Part shown: positions 1 through 10,628 of the stretch, one piece after another
Layout: each line of letters begins with the position of its first letter
Position numbering within the stretch: the first letter of the stretch is position 1
Position numbers and translations under genes: made by a program
The notes under the pieces: generated by a model
Seen by the model: the letters and a program-made list of their open reading frames with translations, nothing else
Database searches by the model: none
What the model was told of the DNA's origin: nothing
DNA from: a bacterium
GTDB taxonomy: Bacteria > Zhuqueibacterota > Zhuqueibacteria > Residuimicrobiales > Krinioviventaceae
Direction of reading: 5' to 3'
NCBI GenBank assembly: GCA_963674595.2
Contig: CAXXFV010000027.1
Location: 160,001 to 224,000, forward strand
DNA length: 64,000 nucleotides

Positions 1-1
1 G

Positions 2-1015
2 TTCATTTTCACCTATGTAAAGCTTGGAGGCTTTGTAACGGCACATGAAAAATTGACAGCAATGGCACCGATAGCTATAAAAATATTTGGAGCTAAAGGC
101 CATACAGGCTGGACGTCTTTCCCGAGCTTTGGTTCTGAATATTGGCTGTCTCTTGTTACAACCATTGTCCTGGGCGTTGGTATCGGTGTGTTGGCCCAAC
201 CACAGCTCGTTGTTCGTTTTATGACGGTTAAAAGCAGTCGGGAACTAAACCGGGCCGTTCTTGTAGGCGGTATTTTTATATTTATGATGACCGGTGTTGC
301 GTTTATCGTGGGTGCACTATCAAATGTATTTTTTCAAAATCATCCTGATTTTCAAAACATTTCATTATTAGCGGCCAATAAAAGCGTTGCTAAAATAATT
401 CCGCTTTACATTAAAACAGCTATGCCTCAGTGGTTTACAGTCATTTTTATGGTGACATTATTATCCGCAGCCATGTCTACCCTTAGCTCTCAATTCCATG
501 CTATGGGTACATCAATTGGAAGAGATGTATATGAGAAATGGATCGGCGGCAAAGGAAATTCCGTTATGATTACAAAAGGTGGAATTTTAATCTCTATTCT
601 CACCAGTCTCTTTTTAGCATGGAGCCTGCCGCTCTTTTTTGAAGGCGGAACAGCCATTATTGCCAGAGGGACGGCCATTTTCTTTGGACTCTGTGCGGCT
701 GCATTTTTACCCATGTATATAGGCAGCCTGTATTCGAAAACAATGACTAAATCGGCAGCGATATGGGGCTTTTTTGCAGGTTTTCTGGTCAGTTTTATTT
801 GGTTATTTTTTGTACATATCAAAGAGTCTCAACCATTACTGCTTTGTAAAACCATTTTTGGTATTGATTCTTTGGGACAAGGCACGGTATGGGCCATCAT
901 CGACCCGTTAATAATTGCTTTGCCTGTTTCGATACTAGTTACAATTATCGTTAACAAATTTGGTACACCTCTACCCAAGGAACATGTTGAAAAATGTTTC
1001 AAAGGTGTGAAATAG
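2..1015 (+). CDS. Sodium:solute symporter (SSS family), 5'-truncated by window edge
   Basis: Frame open from position 2. Polytopic membrane protein with SSS motifs 'QPQLVVRFMTVKS' and 'LLSAAMSTLSSQFHAMGTSIGRDVY'. Confidence 0.9.
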   Translation, partial: FIFTYVKLGGFVTAHEKLTAMAPIAIKIFGAKGHTGWTSFPSFGSEYWLSLVTTIVLGVGIGVLAQPQLVVRFMTVKSSRELNRAVLVGGIFIFMMTGVAFIVGALSNVFFQNHPDFQNISLLAANKSVAKIIPLYIKTAMPQWFTVIFMVTLLSAAMSTLSSQFHAMGTSIGRDVYEKWIGGKGNSVMITKGGILISILTSLFLAWSLPLFFEGGTAIIARGTAIFFGLCAAAFLPMYIGSLYSKTMTKSAAIWGFFAGFLVSFIWLFFVHIKESQPLLLCKTIFGIDSLGQGTVWAIIDPLIIALPVSILVTIIVNKFGTPLPKEHVEKCFKGVK

Positions 1016-1054
1016 TGTTTAATCATTATAACTGATAAAGCAGGAGAACGTATC

Positions 1055-1234
1055 ATGTTTGGTTTAGGAGACTTTTGGGTATCACTCGTATTTGTTTTAA
1101 TTATTCTTAGTACCTTACTGTGTATTGTATATGGAGTTATATACTGGAACAAAGACGGAGAACCGACAGAAGAAGAAATTAAAGAAGAAATAGAATGGGA
1201 AAAAGAAGAAAAAGAAATAGAGGATAAACTATAA
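1055..1234 (+). CDS. Small symporter accessory membrane protein (59 aa, absent from ORF track)
   Basis: AGGAG RBS, then MFGLGDFWVSLVFVLIILSTLLCIVYGVIYWNKDGEPTEEEIKEEIEWEKEEKEIEDKL*. One TM helix with 'LCIVYG..YWN' and an acidic tail, adjacent to the SSS gene. Confidence 0.85.
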   Translation: MFGLGDFWVSLVFVLIILSTLLCIVYGVIYWNKDGEPTEEEIKEEIEWEKEEKEIEDKL

Positions 1235-1284
1235 CTAAACAAATAGTTGTATGATTTATAAACTATTTTCTTTTTTATAAATAC

Positions 1285-1345
1285 TTGCTTTTAACCCCGG
1301 ATTTAATTAAATTTTACGGCTTGTTATTAAACAATAATAAGCCGT
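1285..1345 (+). promoter_or_regulatory. Putative sigma70 promoter with overlapping palindrome upstream of iorA
   Basis: TTGCTT-N17-TAAATT (1285-1313), followed by imperfect inverted repeat ACGGCTTGTTATT-aaac-AATAATAAGCCGT (1316-1345). Confidence 0.4.
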
Positions 1346-1551
1346 TTTAATTAACAATAAATATAAATTCAAACTAAAGAATTACAATTTACGAACACAC
1401 TAATACGATGCCTGATTTAACTGAATCCCCCTTTATTATTAAAATCCGTTCAAATATCCCACCAAAAAAATCAAATTCTTTTGATTGTTTATTGTTATTT
1501 TAGCTAGCTTTAAAAATATTATACAAATTCAGGCGGTAAGTTGGAGTATAG

Positions 1552-3282
1552 ATGAAGAAATTATTATCAGGAAATGAAGCAATAGCCAGAGGCGCTTATG
1601 AAGCGGGTGTAAAAATAGCAGCCGCCTATCCGGGGACTCCCAGTACGGAAATATTGGAAAATATTTCTAAATACAAGGAAATAAATTCAGAATGGTCTGT
1701 AAATGAAAAAGTAGCTTTTGAAGTGGCTTTTGGAGGAGCGCTTGCCGGATCAAGGGCGCTTGCTGCCATGAAGCATGTCGGCGTTAACGTCGCTTCCGAC
1801 GCGCTGATGACAGCCGCCTATACAGGTGTTAACAGTGGATTTGTCCTTGTTACGGCAGATGACCCGGGAATGCACAGTTCACAAAACGAGCAGGATAACA
1901 GATATTTTGCCAAGATGGCAAAAATTCCCATGTTGGAGCCTTCAGACAGCCAGGAGGCCAAAGATTTTACCAGGCTGGCCCTGGAGATAAGCGAACAATA
2001 TGATACACCGGTATTGCTTCGTGTAACAACCCGAATTTGCCACGGTAAAGGTGTTGTTGACATAGACGAAAGAAAAGAATCTGAATCATATAAATATGAA
2101 AAAAATCCACAAAAATATGTCATGATTCCGGCATACGCCAGAAAACGAAAAATAGTTATTGAAAAACGTTTACAGGATCTTGCAGAATTCAGCGAATCCG
2201 TTGCCATAAACAGGATAGAAATTTCCGATCCTGATGTCGGCTTTATTACCAGCGGAATCAGCCATCAATATACCAAAGAAGTTTTCCCAAATGCTTCGTA
2301 TTTTAAACTTGGTATGACCTATCCCCTGCCGATGCAGGCAATTAAAAAATTTGTTGATTCGGTTAAAACAGTTTATGTCATAGAAGAGCTTGAGCCTTTC
2401 ATTGAAGAACAGCTTTTGGCGGCCGGCATTAAAGTATTGGGCAAATCGGTCTTACCCAATGACGGAGAACTTTCCGCAGAAATTTTACGCGAAAAAATAT
2501 TAAACAAACCGGTTGAAATATCTGTCCCTGTAACCAACGATCTTCCGGCACGACCGCCTGTTATGTGCGCGGGCTGCCCTCACAGAAAAGTATTTCACGT
2601 CCTTAAAAAACTGAAAGCCACGATCAGCGGCGATATTGGCTGCTATACGCTAAGTTCCCTCCCACCATTGGAAACGATGGATACATGTATTTGTATGGGC
2701 GGAAGTATCGGCGTGGCCCAGGGATTATCCAAAGTTTTACAAAAAGAATCAAACAAACCCATTGTCGGTGTGCTGGGCGATTCCACTTTTTTCCATTCCG
2801 GTATTCCAAGCCTGGTAAATGCCGTGTATAATAAAACAAATGTGACTATTATTATACTCGATAACCGTATTACGGCAATGACAGGTCATCAGGACAATCC
2901 GGGAACAGGCAAAACATTATCCGGCGAAGAAACAAAAAAAATAGATTTTAAAGCATTGGCCCTTGCCTGCGGTGTTGAACATGTTGCGATGATCAATCTT
3001 GAAGAAATGAGTGAGATAACAAACGTTATAAAAGAAGCTGTTTCTTTTCCAGGACCTTCTGTTGTGATTGCTCAAAGTCCGTGTGTGCTTATCGATAAAA
3101 AATCGAAAAGAGGTTATAATAAAGTCGATCCTTCAAAATGTACCATGTGCAAAGTTTGCCTGCGAATCGGATGTCCGGCAATCAGCATGGGTAATGAATC
3201 CGTTGTAATTGACCCGTTAATGTGCACCATGTGTAATGCATGTTTGCAGATTTGCCCTTCAGATGCAATTAGTCCGGCTTGA
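1552..3282 (+). CDS. iorA: Indolepyruvate:ferredoxin oxidoreductase alpha subunit
   Basis: 'LLSGNEAIARG', 'YPGTPSTEI', 'MKHVGVNVA', 'RPPVMCAGCPHR', 'GDIGCY', TPP motif 'GDSTFFHSG...LDN' and C-terminal two-cluster ferredoxin Cys motifs. Confidence 0.95.
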   Translation: MKKLLSGNEAIARGAYEAGVKIAAAYPGTPSTEILENISKYKEINSEWSVNEKVAFEVAFGGALAGSRALAAMKHVGVNVASDALMTAAYTGVNSGFVLVTADDPGMHSSQNEQDNRYFAKMAKIPMLEPSDSQEAKDFTRLALEISEQYDTPVLLRVTTRICHGKGVVDIDERKESESYKYEKNPQKYVMIPAYARKRKIVIEKRLQDLAEFSESVAINRIEISDPDVGFITSGISHQYTKEVFPNASYFKLGMTYPLPMQAIKKFVDSVKTVYVIEELEPFIEEQLLAAGIKVLGKSVLPNDGELSAEILREKILNKPVEISVPVTNDLPARPPVMCAGCPHRKVFHVLKKLKATISGDIGCYTLSSLPPLETMDTCICMGGSIGVAQGLSKVLQKESNKPIVGVLGDSTFFHSGIPSLVNAVYNKTNVTIIILDNRITAMTGHQDNPGTGKTLSGEETKKIDFKALALACGVEHVAMINLEEMSEITNVIKEAVSFPGPSVVIAQSPCVLIDKKSKRGYNKVDPSKCTMCKVCLRIGCPAISMGNESVVIDPLMCTMCNACLQICPSDAISPA

Positions 3283-3308
3283 TACATTTTAAAAATTTCG
3301 GAGATACA

Positions 3309-3893
3309 ATGAACGATATGGTAAATAAAAATATATTAATTGTAGGTGTAGGCGGACAGGGTATTGTCCTTGTTAGTGAAATTATTGCCAAAGTATGTAT
3401 GACCTATGGATATGATGTTAAACAAAATGAAGTACACGGTATGGCGCAAAGAGGCGGCAGTGTTGTCAGTCATGTTCGTTATGGTAATAAAATCCATTCA
3501 CCCCTGATAGAGGTTGGACAGGCTGATGTACTCCTTTCCTTTGAACTTTTGGAAGCACAGCGATGGCTTTATTATTTAAAAAAAGATGGCATCGCCATTA
3601 TAAACACTCAACAAATCGAACCCATGTCGGTATTAAGCGGTAAAACAACCTACCCTGAAAATATAGAATCACAGATAAAAGACAGCGGCTGCAATGTTAA
3701 ATTTGTAAACGGAACCCAGATTGCCAAAGACGTCAATAATTTACGGTCGGTGAATATATCGCTGATTGGTGCATTGTCAAATGAACTGGAATTTGATGAA
3801 AACTTATGGACGGATGCAATTAAAGGCAGAGTACCGCAAAAAACAATTGAAAGTAATTTAAAAGCCTTTGAATTCGGCAGACAAGCAAAATAA
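3309..3893 (+). CDS. iorB: Indolepyruvate:ferredoxin oxidoreductase beta subunit
   Basis: 'GVGGQG' and 'EVHGMAQRGGSV' motifs. Follows iorA. Start placed at ATG 3309 after GGAG. Confidence 0.93.
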   Translation: MNDMVNKNILIVGVGGQGIVLVSEIIAKVCMTYGYDVKQNEVHGMAQRGGSVVSHVRYGNKIHSPLIEVGQADVLLSFELLEAQRWLYYLKKDGIAIINTQQIEPMSVLSGKTTYPENIESQIKDSGCNVKFVNGTQIAKDVNNLRSVNISLIGALSNELEFDENLWTDAIKGRVPQKTIESNLKAFEFGRQAK

Positions 3894-3931
3894 TATATCG
3901 CTTACCTTTATAGCGATGGAGGACATGTTCT

Positions 3932-5230
3932 ATGAAAAAATACAAAGTGGATTATTTAGACCAGGAAGAGTTATTAAATCTTCAACAGGAACGACTGCAA
4001 AAAGTAACAAAACATGTCTATGATAATGTTCCCTATTATCAGCAGGTATTTGACAAATTGGGCGCAAAACCTGAAGATTTTAAATCAATGGATAGTCTGA
4101 AACAACTTCCACTGACAGATAAAGAAGTTTTAAGGCAGCACTATCCGTTTGGATTATTTGCTGTTCCCATGTCTGAAGTAAAAGAAATACACGCATCATC
4201 CGGAACAACAGGCAAACCCACTGTTGTCGCCTATACTCAGGGCGATCTTAACGTATGGTCCGAAGTCATGTCACGAAGTATTGCCTGTACAGGCGGCTGT
4301 GAACAAGACATTATTCAAAATGCTTATGGATATGGTTTATTTACCGGCGGACTCGGTGTTCATTACGGCTCTTTGGAATTGGGTTCATCCGTTGTTCCGA
4401 TCTCTTCGGGAGGAACAAAACGACAGCTTCAGATCATGCAGGATTTTGGCACAACCATTATAACCTGTACTCCCTCCTACTCTGTTTATCTTGCTGAACA
4501 GGCTACGGCCCTTGGAATTGATCCACGACACACAACCATTCGAATTGGAATTTTAGGAGCAGAACCATGGAGCGATGGAATGCGTTCCGAAATAGAATCC
4601 TTATGGAATATTAAAGCCTATGACATTTACGGTTTGTCGGAAATAATCGGACCCGGTGTAGCTGTAGAATGTGAAGGCCAGCATGGTCTGCATATTTGGG
4701 CTGACCATTTTTATCCGGAAGTTATTAATCCGGTAACCGGAGAAGCAGTCGGCGAGGGTGAAGATGGTATGCTGGTTATTACTACGCTTACAAAAGAGGC
4801 CACTCCGTTTTTAAGATATGCAACCAAGGACATTGTAAATATTACCTATGAAAAATGTCCTGCCTGTGGACGAACCAGTCCCAGAATCAGCCGGGTAAAA
4901 GGCCGAACAGATGATATGTTGATCATTCGTGGTATTAACGTATTTCCGTCTCAAATAGAATCCGTTTTAATGGAAATTGAAGAAACAGACCCACATTATC
5001 AACTCATTGTCAGCCGGGAAGGCGCCCTGGATAAACTCGAAGTTCAGGTTGAAGTAAACGACAAATTTTTCTCAGATGAGATTCGAAAATTGGAAGCATT
5101 GGAAAATCGAATTAGGAAAGAAATTGAAAACGTACTGTCAATTGCTGTAAAAGTTAAGCTGGTTGAGCCGCTAACAATCACTCGCAGCGAAGGTAAAGCA
5201 AAACGTGTTATAGACACACGACAGATATAA
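3932..5230 (+). CDS. paaK: Phenylacetate--CoA ligase (aryl-acid CoA ligase), copy 1
   Basis: 'HASSGTTGKP', '[11 protein letters not shown]', 'YGLSEIIGPG', '[20 protein letters not shown]' and 'EGKAKRVID' motifs. Confidence 0.93.
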   Translation: MKKYKVDYLDQEELLNLQQERLQKVTKHVYDNVPYYQQVFDKLGAKPEDFKSMDSLKQLPLTDKEVLRQHYPFGLFAVPMSEVKEIHASSGTTGKPTVVAYTQGDLNVWSEVMSRSIACTGGCEQDIIQNAYGYGLFTGGLGVHYGSLELGSSVVPISSGGTKRQLQIMQDFGTTIITCTPSYSVYLAEQATALGIDPRHTTIRIGILGAEPWSDGMRSEIESLWNIKAYDIYGLSEIIGPGVAVECEGQHGLHIWADHFYPEVINPVTGEAVGEGEDGMLVITTLTKEATPFLRYATKDIVNITYEKCPACGRTSPRISRVKGRTDDMLIIRGINVFPSQIESVLMEIEETDPHYQLIVSREGALDKLEVQVEVNDKFFSDEIRKLEALENRIRKEIENVLSIAVKVKLVEPLTITRSEGKAKRVIDTRQI

Positions 5231-5320
5231 TTCGATGATAAAATAATTTTCGTTTTTAATCAATAATTATTACGGCTAAACTCCAAATTTGATCCTAATT
5301 ACCAAAGCAAGGAGTACAAA

Positions 5321-5752
5321 ATGAATATTAAACAAATTTCGGTTTTTTTAGAAAATCGTCCGGGACGGTTGGAAGAAATAACACATGTTTTATCAACAGG
5401 CGGTATCAACATTCGTGCGTTGTCACTGGCAGATACATCCGATTTTGGAATTCTCAGATTAATTGTTAACGATCCTGATAAAGCAATAAAACTGCTTAAA
5501 GAAGCAACATTTACCGTAAGAGAAAACGATGTGATAGCTGTAGAGATTGATGACAAACCAGGCGGTCTTTCTAAATTGCTGGGTATATTCAGCAAAGCCA
5601 GTATAAGTATAGAGTACATGTATGCATTTTTTGAGAAAAAAATTGATAAAGCTATTATGATAATTCGTGTGGAAGCAACGGCAAAGGCGTTAAAATCGCT
5701 TAAAGACGCTGGTGTTCCGCTTTTACGAAGCAGTGAAATCTATGAAATGTAA
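5321..5752 (+). CDS. Tandem ACT-domain protein (amino-acid binding)
   Basis: 'KQISVFLENRPGRL...GINIRALSLADTSDFGILRLIV' and a second ACT 'DKPGGL'. Typical paaK/ior neighbour. Confidence 0.9.
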   Translation: MNIKQISVFLENRPGRLEEITHVLSTGGINIRALSLADTSDFGILRLIVNDPDKAIKLLKEATFTVRENDVIAVEIDDKPGGLSKLLGIFSKASISIEYMYAFFEKKIDKAIMIIRVEATAKALKSLKDAGVPLLRSSEIYEM

Positions 5753-5782
5753 AATGATAACCAAAATCTGAGGAATAGAACA

Positions 5783-7093
5783 GTGACTGCGCGAATATGG
5801 GACCCAGAATTTGAGACGATGCCCAAGGACCGACTTGATAAACTTCAACTGAAACGATTGCAGAATGTTGTCGAATATGCTTATGAAAAAGTGCCGTTTT
5901 ATAAGGATATTTTTACAAAAAACAATATTTCACACCAGGATATAAAAACGCTGGATCATTTACAAGACCTGCCGTTTACAACCAAGGCTGATCTGCAGGC
6001 AAGCTATCCCTATGGCATGTTTGCTGTACCGCTGTCGGATGTTGTCCGCATTCATTCCTCATCCGGGACAACCGGACAACCGACTGTTGTCGGGTATACC
6101 AGGAATGATTTGAATAACTGGACGGAGCTTATCGCCCGCTTATTAACGGCCGGCGGTGTAACAAAAAACGATATAGTTCAAATATGTTTCGGTTATGGAT
6201 TGTTTACAGGCGGATTTGGTTTACATTATGGCGTTGAGAGGGTCGGCGCAACCGTCATTCCTATTTCATCAGGCAATACCTCACGCCAAATGATGGTGAT
6301 GAAAGACTACCGGACCACGGCTATTGTTTGCACACCAAGCTATTCACTCTATCTTGCCGAATGTTTGCAAGAAGCCAAAATTGATCTCAATGATTTGCAG
6401 TTACGCACCGGTTTGTTTGGCGGCGAACCGTGGAGTGAAAATATGCGCACTGAAATAGAAAGCCGGTTAGGGATAAGTGCCACAGACAACTATGGTCTCA
6501 GCGAAGTTATGGGCCCCGGGGTTTCCATGGAATGCCTTGAGAAAAAAGGAATGCACATTTGTGAAGATCATTTTATTGCGGAAATTATCGATCCTGATAC
6601 TTGTCAGGTTTTACCCTATGGTGAAGTCGGTGAATTGGTCATTACAACAATCACCAAAGAGGCAATTCCTGTTATTCGTTACAGAACACGCGATATTACC
6701 CGATTAATTAAAGAACCCTGTGCCTGCGGCCGTACATTGGTTCGAATGGAGAAACCTCATGGCAGAACAGATGATATGCTGATCATCCGGGGCGTTAATG
6801 TATTCCCGTCACAAATTGAAACGGTACTTGTTGAAATGGACGAAACTGATCCGCATTACCAGCTTTTTATTAAAAGAGAAGGCGTGTTGGATACACTGGA
6901 AGTCCATGTGGAAATTAATGAAAAGTTTTTTGTTGATGAAATGAGAAGAATGAAAGAAATCGAACAAAAAATCTATAATCGTATAAAAAGTACCCTTGGA
7001 TTGTCGGTGAAACTGAAACTGGTGGAACCGAAATCACTTGTGCGAACAGAAGGAAAAGCAAAAAGAGTTTTTGATTTACGCCAAAAGAACTAG
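5783..7093 (+). CDS. paaK: Phenylacetate--CoA ligase, copy 2 (GTG start)
   Basis: Same adenylation motifs: '[10 protein letters not shown]', '[10 protein letters not shown]', '[20 protein letters not shown]'. Confidence 0.93.
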   Translation: MTARIWDPEFETMPKDRLDKLQLKRLQNVVEYAYEKVPFYKDIFTKNNISHQDIKTLDHLQDLPFTTKADLQASYPYGMFAVPLSDVVRIHSSSGTTGQPTVVGYTRNDLNNWTELIARLLTAGGVTKNDIVQICFGYGLFTGGFGLHYGVERVGATVIPISSGNTSRQMMVMKDYRTTAIVCTPSYSLYLAECLQEAKIDLNDLQLRTGLFGGEPWSENMRTEIESRLGISATDNYGLSEVMGPGVSMECLEKKGMHICEDHFIAEIIDPDTCQVLPYGEVGELVITTITKEAIPVIRYRTRDITRLIKEPCACGRTLVRMEKPHGRTDDMLIIRGVNVFPSQIETVLVEMDETDPHYQLFIKREGVLDTLEVHVEINEKFFVDEMRRMKEIEQKIYNRIKSTLGLSVKLKLVEPKSLVRTEGKAKRVFDLRQKN

Positions 7094-7139
7094 TACTCTA
7101 CAACTAACAGATGATGGTTACAAAAACGAAAGGTAGGAG

Positions 7140-8165
7140 ATGATGAAATTCCGGGCTCTTCAATGTACAGTATTGTTTGTATCTCTTTTAACTTTAATGT
7201 TCTTAAATTTGAATTGCGGCAAAGGCGGAAACAAAGGAACAATTGAACTGTCCTACAGCATCTTTTTTCCACCAACACACATTCAATGTAAAACAGCTAT
7301 GGACTGGGCAAAGGAAATAGAAACCCGCACAAATGGTCGTGTTAAAATTTCAGTTTTTCCGGGCGGCACTCTCACAAAAGCACCACAGGTTTATGACGGG
7401 GTAGTTAATGGCATATCAGACATTGGTATGAGCTGTTTTGCTTATACGCGCGGTAGATTTCCACTATTAGAAGGATTGGATTTACCTCTGGGTTATCCTG
7501 ACGGGAAAACCGCCACAAAAATTGCCACTCAAATGGTGCAAAAATACAATCCGGAAGAAATTCAACAAACAAAAGTTATGTATATTCATGCTCACGGTCC
7601 CGGTATTTTGGCCAGCAAAAAGAAAGTAAGTACAATTGACGATATTAAAGGCATGAAAATCAGAGGAACCGGATTGTCATCAAAAATAATCCAGAGTCTT
7701 GGCGGTAATCCCATCGGCATGAGTCAACCGGAAACCTATGAAGCCCTGCAAAAAGGTGTTGTTGACGCTACATTTTGCCCGATTGAAACGTTAAAGGGAT
7801 GGAAACAGGGTGAAGTGATCAATTACGTTGTTGATACTTCTGTTATCGGTTATACAACTTCGATGTTTGTTGTTATGAATAAAGACAAATGGGAAAAACT
7901 TCCAAAAAACATTCAGGAAATTTTTAACAAAGTTAATGAAGAATGGGTCGTAAAACACGGTGAAGCCTGGGACCTGGCTGACGAAGAAGGTAAAAAATTT
8001 GTGCAGGAACTCGAGGTAGAGACAATAAAATTAAATCCTGCTGAATATCCGCAATGGGAAAAAGCCGTAAGTCCCATATTGGAAGACTATATTGCCACAG
8101 CAAAAGAAAAAGGTCTGGACGGACAGGCATTTCTTAACGATATAAAATCTTTGATGAACATATAA
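7140..8165 (+). CDS. dctP: TRAP transporter substrate-binding protein (DctP family), probable lipoprotein
   Basis: Signal peptide ending LNLN-C. '[19 protein letters not shown]', 'KGMKIRG' and '[10 protein letters not shown]' motifs. Confidence 0.9.
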   Translation: MMKFRALQCTVLFVSLLTLMFLNLNCGKGGNKGTIELSYSIFFPPTHIQCKTAMDWAKEIETRTNGRVKISVFPGGTLTKAPQVYDGVVNGISDIGMSCFAYTRGRFPLLEGLDLPLGYPDGKTATKIATQMVQKYNPEEIQQTKVMYIHAHGPGILASKKKVSTIDDIKGMKIRGTGLSSKIIQSLGGNPIGMSQPETYEALQKGVVDATFCPIETLKGWKQGEVINYVVDTSVIGYTTSMFVVMNKDKWEKLPKNIQEIFNKVNEEWVVKHGEAWDLADEEGKKFVQELEVETIKLNPAEYPQWEKAVSPILEDYIATAKEKGLDGQAFLNDIKSLMNI

Positions 8166-8177
8166 AAACAGATCATT

Positions 8178-8705
8178 ATGGTTGAAAAAAATCAGAAAAA
8201 CTATTCTCTAAAAACAGTTCAAACAGCCTATGTTGCAGCTTTAAAAAAGACTGTTATGCTGCTTGCGCTTATTTCCGGTTTAAGTGTATTTTTAATGATG
8301 CTTGTTACAACGGTAGATGTTATTTTGAGGATTTTTGGCATTTCATTTATCGGTGCTTTTGATATTGTTACAATCGCCGGCGCTATTGCCATATCGGCAG
8401 CATTGCCCTACACCACCGCTGTTAAAGGGCATGTCGCCATCGAATATTTTTTTCAAAAATTTTCAAAATGGGGGCGCATCGTCGTTGATACCATTGCGCG
8501 CATCTTGTCAGTGACTTTATTTACGCTGCTTGCCTGGCACAGTATTAAGTATGGCAACAGTATGTTAAAAAGCGGTGAGGTAACATCGACTTTACAAATA
8601 CCGTTGTTCTGGGTACCGTTTATGATCGCTGTTTCCTGCTTTTTGGTTGTTTTGGTGATTATTTATCATATCGTACATCCCGGAAAGGAGCTGCTGAAAC
8701 CATGA
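8178..8705 (+). CDS. dctQ: TRAP transporter small permease
   Basis: Four TM helices, 'TVDVILR' and 'GHVAIE'. Lies between dctP and dctM. Confidence 0.9.
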   Translation: MVEKNQKNYSLKTVQTAYVAALKKTVMLLALISGLSVFLMMLVTTVDVILRIFGISFIGAFDIVTIAGAIAISAALPYTTAVKGHVAIEYFFQKFSKWGRIVVDTIARILSVTLFTLLAWHSIKYGNSMLKSGEVTSTLQIPLFWVPFMIAVSCFLVVLVIIYHIVHPGKELLKP

Positions 8706-10003
8706 CACCTGTTCAGATCGGAATTCTGGGTTGTATTTTATTATTAGTTTTGCTTATCAGCAGCATGCCCATTGCTTTTGTAATGGCGGTTGTCGGACTG
8801 ATCGGTTTTGCAGTCGTTGTTACACCGCATGCTGCCATGAGCATGATTACAACAGACCTTTTTTCAACATTTTCATCCTATAGTTTAACTGTTATACCGT
8901 TATTTATTTTTATGGGGCAACTGGCTTTTCATTCCGGTATCAGTAGACGGCTGTTTAACGCAGCTTACAAGTGGTTGGGCGCTTTACCCGGAGGACTGGC
9001 TATGGCGACAATCGGTGCTTGTGCAGGATTTGGAGCTATATGTGGTTCAGGACCGGCAACTGCCGCTACAATGGCTGCCGTGGCGCTCCCTGAAATGAAA
9101 CGTTATAACTATGATGTTGAACTTGGAAGCGGCGCTGTTGCCGCCGGCGGCAGTTTGGGAATGCTAATTCCTCCCAGTGTTGTTTTTATTGTTTACGCTA
9201 TTATGACGGAACAGTCCATAGGGAAACTTTTTCTTGCCGGCATAATCCCCGGTATACTAATCGCTACCATCTTTTGCTTAACAATTTACTTGAACTGTAT
9301 CTCAAGAAAACATCTGGGTCCCCCTGGAAAAAAAACAAGCTTTGTGGAAAAAATAAAATCCCTGAAATTCATTTTCGATACCCTTGTATTATTTTTGCTG
9401 GTAATGGGCGGAATGTTTCTTGGTTTCTTTACTCCGACAGAAGCAGCCGCTATTGGCGCTGCCGGTACATTGCTGATTGCTGTTATAAAAAAACAAATTA
9501 GTATTAAAATGATCATGCAATCACTTCGGGAAACGGTCAGAACTTCTTGTATGGTCATGACAATTGTTGCCGGTGCTGTTATGCTGGGACATTTTTTGGC
9601 GATCACACAAATTCCGTTCCATTTGGCGAACTGGCTCGCCAATTTGCCTTTACCGGGATGGATTATCGTGGCTTTTATTATTGGCTTTTATTTTATCAGC
9701 GGTTGTTTTGTTGATGCTCTTGCATTAATCCTGCTGACAATTCCCATTTTTTATCCGGTCATTACAGAGCTTGGTTACGACCCTATCTGGTTCGGTGTCA
9801 TTATTGTTGTCGTGACTCAAATGGGCGTCATTTCACCGCCTGTCGGCGTGAATGTATATGTCGTGTGCGGGATAGAAAGAGACGTTCCGCTGCAAACTGT
9901 TTTCAAAGGGGCACTGCCCTTTTTACTGGCCCTTATTATTTCTGCCATTATTCTCGTAGCATTTCCTCAGCTATCATTAATATTGCCAAATTTGGTTCAT
10001 TAG
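8702..10003 (+). CDS. dctM: TRAP transporter large permease
   Basis: 'IPLFIFMG', 'GGSLGMLIPPS', 'FTPTEAAA', 'DPIWFG' and 'SPPVG' motifs. Overlaps the dctQ stop. Confidence 0.93.
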   Translation: MTPVQIGILGCILLLVLLISSMPIAFVMAVVGLIGFAVVVTPHAAMSMITTDLFSTFSSYSLTVIPLFIFMGQLAFHSGISRRLFNAAYKWLGALPGGLAMATIGACAGFGAICGSGPATAATMAAVALPEMKRYNYDVELGSGAVAAGGSLGMLIPPSVVFIVYAIMTEQSIGKLFLAGIIPGILIATIFCLTIYLNCISRKHLGPPGKKTSFVEKIKSLKFIFDTLVLFLLVMGGMFLGFFTPTEAAAIGAAGTLLIAVIKKQISIKMIMQSLRETVRTSCMVMTIVAGAVMLGHFLAITQIPFHLANWLANLPLPGWIIVAFIIGFYFISGCFVDALALILLTIPIFYPVITELGYDPIWFGVIIVVVTQMGVISPPVGVNVYVVCGIERDVPLQTVFKGALPFLLALIISAIILVAFPQLSLILPNLVH

Positions 10004-10016
10004 TGCAGGTGAAAAT

Positions 10017-10484
10017 ATGAGTTTAAAAACATTTGACAAAATACTGTTTATCACGGACTTTTCCAAAAACGCAGATCACGCTTTTCAGTATGCGCTCTCT
10101 ATTGCCGATCAAAATAATTCCTCGGAAATGACACTTGTTTTTATTATTCCGGAAGCGGGAGCACAATTCTGGAAATCATATTTATATGAAATTGATGAAA
10201 TCGACCAAAAAGCTGAAAATGATATTAATCTTGAATTTCAAAAAAAATACCTGCCGTTAATACCGGACTATATTAAAGTTTCTACACGAATTATAGACAG
10301 CTATGAACATAATAAAATATTGCAGGCCGCTAAAGACATAAATGCCGACCTGATTGTTTTAGGAAGAGAAAGTAAAGGTTCCTTTGTTAAATTGCTTTCA
10401 AGTGATACTTTAAAAAAGATCACTCAAAAATCGATATGCCCGGTACTTGTAGTGCCTTCGGAACAGAATAAAGATTTACATTAA
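10017..10484 (+). CDS. Universal stress protein (TRAP-associated, TeaD-like position)
   Basis: 'KILFITDFS..A..A', 'ADLIVLG' and 'CPVLVVP' USP motifs. Confidence 0.88.
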   Translation: MSLKTFDKILFITDFSKNADHAFQYALSIADQNNSSEMTLVFIIPEAGAQFWKSYLYEIDEIDQKAENDINLEFQKKYLPLIPDYIKVSTRIIDSYEHNKILQAAKDINADLIVLGRESKGSFVKLLSSDTLKKITQKSICPVLVVPSEQNKDLH

Positions 10485-10628
10485 GAAGGCTTTTCGCAAT
10501 TATCTTTGGTTCTGTTGGTAAAAACATATCCAAAAAATTCACAAACGATCTAAAAGCAAACATAATTTAAACACACAATTTGTGCTCTTTTCCCCTGTTA
10601 AAACTTGTTAATAAAAAAGTGGTAAACC

